This document shows positions 1 through 11,835 of a stretch of DNA of 64,000 nt, in pieces. The stretch is from Candidatus Binatus soli (GTDB taxonomy: Bacteria > Desulfobacterota > Binatia > Binatales > Binataceae). The position numbers were made by a program, and so were the translations under genes. Numbering within the stretch: the stretch's first letter is position 1; each line of letters opens with the position of its first letter. Under the pieces are notes generated by a model that worked only from the letters and a program-made list of their open reading frames with translations, ran no database searches and was not told the DNA's origin. The DNA is taken from positions 16,942-80,941 of the forward strand of contig DLMJ01000042.1 of the NCBI GenBank assembly GCA_002479255.1, given 5' to 3'.

Positions 1-31
1 GCGCCGCTGGAACATTCCGGCGGCGCTTTTT
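1..31 (+). terminator. Hairpin (1-26, one mismatch) followed by T5; candidate rho-independent terminator for a plus-strand gene lying off-window
   Basis: Inverted repeat gcgccgctgg/ccggcggcgc followed by ttttt, read directly from the sequence. Confidence 0.3.
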
Positions 32-43
32 CCGGGTCTATTT

Positions 44-70
44 TTTCACTTTTCACTTTTCACTTTTTCA
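44..70. repeat. (CACTTTT)3 tandem heptamer repeat
   Basis: Direct reading: cacttttcacttttcactttttcacc. Confidence 0.5.
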
Positions 71-75
71 CCGGC

Positions 76-627
76 CTAGTAGAACCACTTGCCGTTATCC
101 CAGCGGAAAATTTCCGTGGTGTGAGTATCGCTGATGGCCCTTGGCGACGCGTGCTTGGCTTCATCCCGGGACTTGCCGGCCAGGTAATAGATGAATTCTT
201 CGTAGGTGAGCTTTCCGATCGAGTAACCGTCTTTGGATTGATGCGATTCGCAGCCGGCGACCTTGCTATAAGCGGTATAGGTCGCGGTCTCGAAACCATT
301 TTTCAAATCGAATCTCAATTTCGACAGATTGTTCGTCTCGCGCTCGCGCAAATCCTGCTCCCAATGACGGCAAAAATCCGGGAACAGCGCCGCGGCCTTC
401 TTGAATTCGAGATCGCGCTTGAGCCGATCGGGCGTATATTTCGCAACCAGCGCCGTGACCTCTTGCCGCAGCGTCTTCTTCGCCGCCGGTGAAGCGGATG
501 CCTGCGGAACGGCTGCGCTTCGCGATGCCGAGGCGGGTGATGCCTGTGCAGCCGCTTGCGATTGGGCGCGCGCCGGCGTCGCCGCGAATAGCGCCGTGAT
601 TGCGAGCGCGGCGACGGCGGCTCTCAT
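76..627 (-). CDS. Hypothetical secreted protein (signal peptide MRAAVAALAITALFAATPARA); start taken at the internal ATG at 627
   Basis: ORF track 76..699; N-terminal signal-peptide-like segment starts at the Met at 627; no recognisable family. Confidence 0.55.
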   Translation of the reverse strand: MRAAVAALAITALFAATPARAQSQAAAQASPASASRSAAVPQASASPAAKKTLRQEVTALVAKYTPDRLKRDLEFKKAAALFPDFCRHWEQDLRERETNNLSKLRFDLKNGFETATYTAYSKVAGCESHQSKDGYSIGKLTYEEFIYYLAGKSRDEAKHASPRAISDTHTTEIFRWDNGKWFY

Positions 628-710
628 CTCGACTGTTCGAATAAACATCATAGCGATGTTTTCTATAGCAAAAATACGCACCAGCGTCAGCATGAACAAC
701 GGGCGCGGGA

Positions 711-750
711 GAGAAAAAAAATGGCCGCAGCCCCCGATGGGACTGCGGCC
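711..750 (-). terminator. Rho-independent terminator of OmpA-like copy 1 (8-bp GC stem ggccgcag/ctgcggcc, 12-nt loop, then T8 on minus strand)
   Basis: Stem 723-730/743-750 with A8 on plus (T8 on minus) immediately 3' of the gene end at 780. Confidence 0.65.
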
Positions 751-779
751 GATTGCGGACGTTTCAGTCTCGGCCCGAC

Positions 780-1457
780 TTATTGATTGGGCACCAGTTC
801 GACGCGGCGGTTCTGAGCGCGGCCCTCAGCAGTGTCGTTGGTGGCTACGAAGTCGGTCTTGCCGTACCCGTGCGGAATCAACTGACTCGACGGGATTCCG
901 GCTTTCACGAGGTAATCCACCACGGCGTCTGAACGTCGATCAGACAACTTCAAGTTGTATTCCTCGCTGCCGATCGCGTCGCAGTAGCCGTTGACGTTGA
1001 TCGTGACGTTCGGATTGGCCTTAAGTGTTGATGCGGCTTCATCCAGAACGGCGGCATCACCCGGGCGAATCTTCGACTTGTTGAAGTCGAAATGCACACC
1101 GCGTAACACCAGCTTCTGCCTGATCGGCGGCGGTGGTGGCGGTGGCGGAGGAGGAGGCGGCGGTGGAGGCGGTGGCGGAGGAGGCGGTGGCACCCGTTTC
1201 GGCGCCAGCAGGTAGCCGATCGTGCCGCCGATCAGAGCGCCCCCCACAACGCCCGTGGGGCATCCGATCTCATAACCCTTTGCGGAACCACTTACCCCGG
1301 CAGCAACTCCACACCCTATCCCTCCGCCGACGAGCGCCCCGCCGGCCGCTCCGTACGCGGTGTACTCTTTCTGCTCAGGCGTCCACGACGCGCACGACGA
1401 GACCGTCAAAAGAGCGACAGACGCCGCTACGGTAATCCAACTTTTCCATCTAAACAT
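780..1457 (-). CDS. OmpA-family lipoprotein, paralogue 1: lipobox LLTVSSC, Gly-zipper N-domain, ~24-Pro linker, OmpA C-terminal peptidoglycan-binding domain
   Basis: C-terminal NRRVE OmpA/MotB signature. Start chosen at ATG 1457 (MFRWKSW), which has GGGAGGG 6 nt upstream; the track start 1505 lacks an SD. Confidence 0.85.
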   Translation of the reverse strand: MFRWKSWITVAASVALLTVSSCASWTPEQKEYTAYGAAGGALVGGGIGCGVAAGVSGSAKGYEIGCPTGVVGGALIGGTIGYLLAPKRVPPPPPPPPPPPPPPPPPPPPPPIRQKLVLRGVHFDFNKSKIRPGDAAVLDEAASTLKANPNVTINVNGYCDAIGSEEYNLKLSDRRSDAVVDYLVKAGIPSSQLIPHGYGKTDFVATNDTAEGRAQNRRVELVPNQ

Positions 1458-1580
1458 GAGCATCCCTCCCTGGGTTCCAAGTAATTCCAGAATTAAACAC
1501 CGCAAATCCTGCCATTTTTGGGAAACGAAGTCTATTGAAGAGGCGAATCTTTCGCGCTCCGAGACTCGTAATGATGAGGA

Positions 1581-1622
1581 TTCGTTACATTGGTTACATA
1601 CTGGTTATATATTGGTTACATA
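1581..1622. promoter_or_regulatory. Four tandem ~11-bp direct repeats (core GTTACAT; ATGTAAC on the gene strand) upstream of OmpA-like copy 1; candidate response-regulator operator
   Basis: Units tcGTTACATtg / GTTACATactg / GTTATATattg / GTTACATaaag with 9/11/11-bp spacing. Confidence 0.4.
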
Positions 1623-1656
1623 AAGAAGCGGCCGCAACCCCCGATGGGACTGCGGC
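1618..1656 (-). terminator. Terminator-like hairpin of OmpA-like copy 2 (ggccgcaa/ctgcggcc, one mismatch) with a T-rich tail
   Basis: Paralogous copy of the 711-750 hairpin, 3' of the gene end at 1687. Confidence 0.5.
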
Positions 1657-1686
1657 CGATTGCGGACATTTCAATCTCGGCCCCGC

Positions 1687-2367
1687 TTATTGATTGGGCA
1701 CCAGTTCGACGCGACGGTTCTGAGCGCGGCCCTTAGCCGTGTCGTTGGTGGCGACGAAGTCGGTCTTGCCGTACCCGTGCGGAATTAACTGGCTCGACGG
1801 GATTCCGGCTTTCACGAGGTAATCCACCACGGCGTCTGAACGGCGGTCGGACAGCTTCAAGTTGTATTCCTCGCCCCCGATCGCATCGCAGTATCCGTTG
1901 ACGTTGATCGTCACGTTCCGATTGGCCTTAAGCGTTGATGCGGCTTCATCCAGAACGGCGGCATCACCCGGGCGGATCTTCGACTTGTTGAAGTCGAAAT
2001 GCGCACCGCGGATCACCAGCTTCTCCTTGACCGGAGGCGGTGGTGGCGGTGGCGGAGGAGGCGGCGGCGGTGGTGGAGGTGGCGGCGGTGGTGGAGGAGG
2101 CACCGGCTTCGGCGACAGCAAGTAGCCGTTCACGCCGCCGATCAGAGCGCCCATCACAACCCCCGTGATGCATCCGATCTTATAACTCTCTAAGGAACCA
2201 CTCGTTCCCGCCGCAATTCCGCACCCCAGCCCTCCGCCGACGAGCGCGCCGCCGGTCGCTCCGACTGCGGTGTACTCTCTCTGTTCGGGCGTCCACGACG
2301 CGCACGACGAGACCGTCAAAAGAGCGACAGACGCTGCCGCGCCAATCCAATTTTTCCATCTGATCAT
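1687..2367 (-). CDS. OmpA-family lipoprotein, paralogue 2 (Gly-zipper N-domain, ~25-Pro linker, OmpA C domain)
   Basis: Near-identical C-terminal domain to copy 1. Start at ATG 2367 (MIRWKNW) with AGGGG 5 nt upstream; the track start 2373 is a GTG. Confidence 0.85.
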   Translation of the reverse strand: MIRWKNWIGAAASVALLTVSSCASWTPEQREYTAVGATGGALVGGGLGCGIAAGTSGSLESYKIGCITGVVMGALIGGVNGYLLSPKPVPPPPPPPPPPPPPPPPPPPPPPPVKEKLVIRGAHFDFNKSKIRPGDAAVLDEAASTLKANRNVTINVNGYCDAIGGEEYNLKLSDRRSDAVVDYLVKAGIPSSQLIPHGYGKTDFVATNDTAKGRAQNRRVELVPNQ

Positions 2368-2490
2368 GGGCACCCCTGCCTGGTTTCAAGTAATTCTGGA
2401 ATTAAACACCGCAAATCCTGCCATTTTTGGGAACCGAGGTCTATTGAAGAGTCGAATCTTTCGCACTCCTGAGATTCGTAATGATGAGGA

Positions 2491-2521
2491 TTCGTTACAT
2501 TGGTTACATATTGGTTACATA
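2491..2521. promoter_or_regulatory. Three tandem GTTACAT direct repeats upstream of OmpA-like copy 2 (one 11-bp unit fewer than upstream of copy 1)
   Basis: ttcGTTACATtgGTTACATattgGTTACATa. Confidence 0.4.
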
Positions 2522-2557
2522 AAAGAAGCGGCCGCAGCCCCCGATGGGACTGCGGCC
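2517..2557 (-). terminator. Terminator hairpin of OmpA-like copy 3 (perfect ggccgcag/ctgcggcc stem, then GCTTCTTTTATG)
   Basis: Paralogous hairpin 2530-2537/2550-2557, 3' of the gene end at 2587. Confidence 0.5.
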
Positions 2558-2586
2558 GATTGCGGACGTTTCAGTCTCGGCCCGGC

Positions 2587-3303
2587 TTATTGATTGGGCG
2601 CCAGTTCGACGCGGCGGTTCTGAGCGCGGCCCTCAGCAGTGTCGTTGGTGGCTACGAAGTCGGTCTTGCCGTACCCGTGCGGAATCAACTGACTCGACGG
2701 GATTCCGGCTTTCACGAGGTAATCCACCACGGCGTCTGAACGGCGGTCGGACAGCTTCAAGTTGTATTCCTCGCTGCCGATCGCGTCGCAGTAGCCGTTG
2801 ACGTTGATCGTGACGTTCGGATTGGCCTTAAGCGTTGATGCGGCTTCATCCAGAACGGCGGCATCACCCGGGCGAATTTTCGACTTGTTGAAGTCGAAAT
2901 GCACACCGCGTAGCACCAGCTTCTCCTTGACCGGAGGCGGTGGTGGCGGTGGCGGAGGAGGCGGCGGGGGTGGAGGCGGCGGCGGTGGAGGAGGTGGCGG
3001 CGGAATTAGCGGATCGCAGATGTAGTGGCCTGCCAACGCGCCGAGTCCCGCGCCTATGACTGCTCCACCCACACCGGCATAAGCCCTGGCGTCTTTGTCG
3101 CTCTGGTGACGTCCCGCGACATTGTCAGCGATGACGATTCCTGAGGCTGCACCTACCCCTGCGCCAAGCAGTCCTCCGACGACCGCGCAGGTTCCCCACG
3201 AGCGTGGCTTCTGCAAATTTGCGCAACCGCCCAAACTGGAGGCGATTAGCGCCGCACCCGCGACACCGGCGACCGCATTTAAAAACCTTGATTTCAGTCT
3301 CAT
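2587..3303 (-). CDS. OmpA-family lipoprotein, paralogue 3 (different N-terminal domain with lipobox LGGC, ~26-Pro linker, same OmpA C domain)
   Basis: Start at ATG 3303 (MRLKSRF) with GAGGAGGAG 3-5 nt upstream; C-terminal domain about 95% identical to copies 1 and 2. Confidence 0.8.
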   Translation of the reverse strand: MRLKSRFLNAVAGVAGAALIASSLGGCANLQKPRSWGTCAVVGGLLGAGVGAASGIVIADNVAGRHQSDKDARAYAGVGGAVIGAGLGALAGHYICDPLIPPPPPPPPPPPPPPPPPPPPPPPPVKEKLVLRGVHFDFNKSKIRPGDAAVLDEAASTLKANPNVTINVNGYCDAIGSEEYNLKLSDRRSDAVVDYLVKAGIPSSQLIPHGYGKTDFVATNDTAEGRAQNRRVELAPNQ

Positions 3304-3753
3304 GAACTCCTCCTCACCCAAGTGCGTCTATGCGCGAAGCGAACCCCCTCACTTGCCCCTGAGCGTCAATCGTGCCAAACGGGAACTATCCCACCCAATT
3401 GACGGGAAAATATAGTTATATTTGTAACAAGAATGCAACATCTCCGGGGGGTGAAAAGGCGAGATTTTTTGCCCGGGCTGGCGAGCGTTCTCTCGGTGCA
3501 GCCCGGGCTTTCTGTGGATAAGTGGTGGTGAAATTGCCGCGATTTCCCGGTCAAGCTCGGCTCATATAACGCGTAACGCTCTGAATGCCCGCAAAGACGC
3601 TGTTCGGAGCGGTCGTTTGAGTCGAATTAATACTGGTTTGTGTCGCCCTTATGGTGGCCATGCTTCTGCGCATTGGTCTGTTGCCTGAAACCCGTCTGAC
3701 TTGAAGGCGAATTCCGCGCGAAGCGGAAACCCTGCTAGACTGTTTCGCTCATC

Positions 3754-6017
<2,264 letters not shown>

Positions 6018-6021
<4 letters not shown>

Positions 6022-7268
6022 TGCTGCGCGCGCTCGCGGAGTTGGCGAGCGGCGCCAGCGAAAAAATTACGCGCGATAAACGATCGCTCGCCGGCCGCCA
6101 TCGCCTCCAGTATCTCCGCGTTCAACCTGATCGCTTCATTGTCGGCCGGATTCGCATTCAGCGCGATCTCGGCGATCGCCAGCGCGCGCCTGAGTTGGCC
6201 CGCATCCTTGAGTGCGCGCGCCTTTGCGACGATCGCGTCGCGGCCGCAGATCGCGACGATGTCGCCGCCGCGTTCCATCCGCGTCGCCGGAAACATTTGC
6301 GACGGCTCGCCTGACCACCATCCGGCGTAACGCCGGATAACGTCGCGCACCACGAACGCGACGCATCCGTAAATCGGTTGCAGGTACGGCTTCGCCGCGA
6401 GATCGGGCGGGATTGAAATGTCAGCCTCAACTATGTCCACCGGCCACTCGCCTGCGTTGAGCCGCCGCACGACTTCATCATGGATGAATCGGATTGCCCG
6501 CGCCGTCTCGCGCAGCACTTCGTTGCATAGTTGCTCGCCGCGGTACGCGGGTCCGTGGCCCGGCAGAATGTAACGCGGGGTGCATTTCGCGATCGCCTCG
6601 AGCGTCTCCGCCCATTCAAGCGTGTAGCGCTGCACCTTGTTGGGATTGCCCGTGTTCGGCATCGACGAGACGATCAAATCGCCGACCATCGCCAGCCGCC
6701 GCGTCGGCATCCAGACCCAGGTCGCGTCATCCGTCTCGCCCATCGCGTGATGCAGCTCGACCGGCTCGCCCACCAGGTCGAGAAATTGTTCATCCCGATA
6801 AACCAGGTCGGGGTAGCTGAACGAGTTGCGCTCGAAGAGTCCCTCCGTGGCGAACGCGCCGCCGAACTGGAGTCGATTGATATGCCGCTGCCATCCGCGG
6901 GTAAGCGCGTAGCGTTTGAAGCGGGCGGCGACGTCCTCTTGCGCCCAGATTTTCGGCCGCGCATGCCCGCGCTTGATCGCGTCGGTAATGAACGCCTGGG
7001 CGCCGAACGCGTGATCGCCGTGGCCATGCGTGTATATGAGAAAGGCGAACGGCTCCTCGCTGACCTCGCGAATCGCGCGCACCGCCATCGCGCCCATCAG
7101 CCGCGAGCTGGTATCGACGACGATCATCTCACCGCGCCCGTATGCGAACGCGACGTTGGCGAAGCCGTGGAACATCGCGATTCCCGGCTCGAGCACTTCG
7201 AGCTGTCCCATCAGCGGGTCGAAGCCCGGCATGCCGTTCGATTGCTTGAGGCTGGGCGTGGAACTCAT
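6018..7268 (-). CDS. MBL-fold metallo-hydrolase (HGHGDH motif), alkyl-sulfatase-like N-terminal and dimerisation region
   Basis: [13 protein letters not shown] metallo-beta-lactamase motif; 416 aa. Confidence 0.8.
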
Positions 7269-7326
7269 GGTCGGTCTCCTGCGGGTGCGGGTCGCTTACG
7301 ACGAATCTATCGTTTAGACTTCGCAC

Positions 7327-9534
<2,208 letters not shown>

Positions 9535-9750
9535 TGCAGCCGATCCATTCAGCCGGTCCATAAGGGTCCCACGCGGGCTTCCAGCGCGAGCACCCGTCGC
9601 ACGGCCGTCGCTTTCCGGCCCGAATCGCCTCTTTTGGGTGGCCCGCCCATCGTGTATTAAGAATCCGTCAGCGCGTCATCGCCTCCCACGAGGCTTGCTT
9701 GGGTCGAAACAGGCGGACCACCGCCTCAATCTGGCTGAGAGGAGAACTCT

Positions 9751-10065
9751 ATGCGGACAGGAAAAGTTGTCGTATCGAAAATTCGCGAACGGGGACTGCG
9801 AATCATTCCGGCAGCGGCCTTGGCCGCGTCGCTGGGGATGCTCGCGCTCGGCGGATGCTCGTCGCAGAACGCGGATGTGCCGCCGGAACATCCGATGATG
9901 GCAAATTTCGCGCTCGAAAAGTGCCAGCAGCTCGATGCGAACCTTTATAAATGTCCGGCCGTGGATCAGCCACTCTGTACGCCGGAGTTCACTCGCACCG
10001 ATATTAATTGCGTGCACATCGGACCCAAAGGCAGCGTCTTCATTCAGCGCCAGGGCGCGCTCTGA
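9751..10065 (+). CDS. Small Cys-containing lipoprotein (lipobox LGGC), hypothetical
   Basis: Strong SD (gagaggag) 7 nt upstream of the ATG; signal peptide with lipobox. Confidence 0.6.
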   Translation: MRTGKVVVSKIRERGLRIIPAAALAASLGMLALGGCSSQNADVPPEHPMMANFALEKCQQLDANLYKCPAVDQPLCTPEFTRTDINCVHIGPKGSVFIQRQGAL

Positions 10066-10285
10066 GCATAGCTGAGGGCAGCATAGGCACAAGGGTTGCG
10101 GTGAGGGTGCTCGCCTGAATCTGAACGCCCAGGCGAGGACGCCCTACCATTGCCCGCTGCTGACCGGTCCCTCGCCCTTCGTTGCGGGCGAGGCTGGCTG
10201 AGCGTTTCGCGGCGGGCACTTGCCGCGCCTCGTTGCGCATCGCGCGCTCATCTGACAATTTTCTTAAACGCCTCGGTAGCTCACG

Positions 10286-10474
10286 ATGATGTGTCCCATC
10301 TGCAAAAAGCCCGCCGACCTGTCGCCCCGAAATCGCTTTCGCCCGTTCTGCTCCGAGCGATGCCAGATGATCGACCTCGGCACGTGGGCTTCGGGCGATT
10401 ACAAGGTGGAGGGCTCGCAGGCCGCCGACAACGAGCATCATGACGATCTGAAAAAGCGCAGGCTCCTCAATTGA
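10286..10474 (+). CDS. yacG: DNA gyrase inhibitor YacG (zinc-binding)
   Basis: CPICKK...RPFCSERCQMIDLGTWASG matches the YacG zinc-finger family. Confidence 0.75.
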   Translation: MMCPICKKPADLSPRNRFRPFCSERCQMIDLGTWASGDYKVEGSQAADNEHHDDLKKRRLLN

Positions 10475-11289
10475 CGCGTGACGCGCCGCCGCGGACTCAT
10501 CCGACTTCAGTGGTAGGCCCCGAGGTCGAGCTGGCCGCCGGCGTCGAGGTCGGTCCGTTGTGCCTCCTCGACGGAAAAATTCGTGTCGGTGCGCGCACCC
10601 GTTTAATCGGTCACGTCACGATTATGGGCATCACGGAACTCGGCGCCGACAACGTGCTTCATCCGGGCGCTGTTATCGGCGACGAGCCGCAGGATCTCAC
10701 GTACACGGGTGGCGCACGCTCGGTGAAAATCGGCGATCGAAACATCTTCCGCGAACATTCCACGCTCCATAGCGGCAGCGAGCGCGGCGACGTCACCATC
10801 ATGGGCGACGACAACTTCATGATGCAGAATGCGCACGTTGCGCACGATTGCCGAATCGGCAACTCGACCATCATCGCCGGCGGCGCGCTGCTCGCCGGCT
10901 GGGTCGAGCTCGGCGACCGCGCTCTCGTCTCCGGCAACTGCGTCGTGCATCAGTACACTCGCATCGGGCGGCTCGCGATGATGCGCGGTCTGTCGCGTAC
11001 CAGTCGCGACGTGCCGCCGTTCTGCATCATGGACGGCACCCATACCCTGCGCGGGATCAATGTCGTTGGACTCAAGCGCGCGGGAATTTCGTCGAAGTCG
11101 ATTCATGCGCTCCGGCGCGCCTTCACAACGCTCTTCGGCACGCGCCAGAATCTCAAACTTGCAATCGAGAGACTCGAGAAATCCGGCGATCTTGCGCCCG
11201 AAGTAATCGAGATGCTGGATTTCATCCGCGCCTCAAAACGAGGTGTCGCCTTCGGCCCCTTGGACCGGCACTCCGATTCCGACTCCTGA
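10471..11289 (+). CDS. lpxA: Acyl-ACP--UDP-N-acetylglucosamine O-acyltransferase
   Basis: Left-handed beta-helix hexapeptide repeats plus an LpxA-type C-terminal helical domain; TTG start overlapping the yacG stop (TTGA). Confidence 0.85.
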   Translation: MTRDAPPRTHPTSVVGPEVELAAGVEVGPLCLLDGKIRVGARTRLIGHVTIMGITELGADNVLHPGAVIGDEPQDLTYTGGARSVKIGDRNIFREHSTLHSGSERGDVTIMGDDNFMMQNAHVAHDCRIGNSTIIAGGALLAGWVELGDRALVSGNCVVHQYTRIGRLAMMRGLSRTSRDVPPFCIMDGTHTLRGINVVGLKRAGISSKSIHALRRAFTTLFGTRQNLKLAIERLEKSGDLAPEVIEMLDFIRASKRGVAFGPLDRHSDSDS

Positions 11290-11370
11290 ATACTGCGCTG
11301 CCGTCGCCACGGCCGATTGCTTGCGCATCCGCCCCCTGAAACAATCATAACGAAACGGGGAAGTGAAAAA

Positions 11371-11820
11371 ATGAACATACGTCCACGATTTTTCATCGGC
11401 GCGGGACTGATCATCCTGGCGATTGGCTACCTTATCGGCAATGCGATGCGCACCACCTCGGAATACTACCTGACCGTCACTGAAGTGGCCGCGCGCCAAA
11501 GCGAGCTTGGCGGGCAGGCGCTGCGTGTTGCAGGCCGCGTCAAGCCCGGCACGACCGACTGGGACCCGAACACGCTGACCCTGAAATTTGAAATCGTGCC
11601 GATCCCCGACGTCGATGCTGGCGGCGCGCTTATCAAACCTGTCGTAGCGACCGAGCCGGTCTCGTTCCGCGTCGTATCCGCCGGCGAGCCCAAGCCCGAC
11701 ATGTTCGCGCCCGGCCGCGACGTTATCGTCGAGGGCAAGCTCGGCGCGGGCGGCGTTATCACCGCGACGCAGGTGATGACCAGTTGCGCTTCCAAATACA
11801 AGCCCAAACAATCACAATAG
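11371..11820 (+). CDS. ccmE: Cytochrome c-type biogenesis heme chaperone CcmE, CxxxY variant (SCASKY in place of HDENY)
   Basis: N-terminal TM anchor, OB-fold region, PDMFAPGRDVIVEGKL motif; C-terminal CASKY aligns to the E. coli H130xxxY134 positions. Confidence 0.85.
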   Translation: MNIRPRFFIGAGLIILAIGYLIGNAMRTTSEYYLTVTEVAARQSELGGQALRVAGRVKPGTTDWDPNTLTLKFEIVPIPDVDAGGALIKPVVATEPVSFRVVSAGEPKPDMFAPGRDVIVEGKLGAGGVITATQVMTSCASKYKPKQSQ

Positions 11821-11835
11821 CGGCTGGTCCTACTG

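Noticed and set aside
1490-1530. Sigma-54-like TGGCAGGATTTGCGG on the minus strand upstream of OmpA copy 1 (also upstream of copy 2)
   Set aside because: GG-to-GC spacing is 2 nt too short for a functional -24/-12 element.
991-3025. Plus-strand poly-Gly ORFs (991..1215, 1862..2125, 2798..3025)
   Set aside because: They are the reverse-complement reading of the polyproline-coding tracts of the OmpA-like genes.
9540-9750. Possible ncRNA in the 210-bp gap after glgB
   Set aside because: No stable conserved-looking structure or known motif was recognised.
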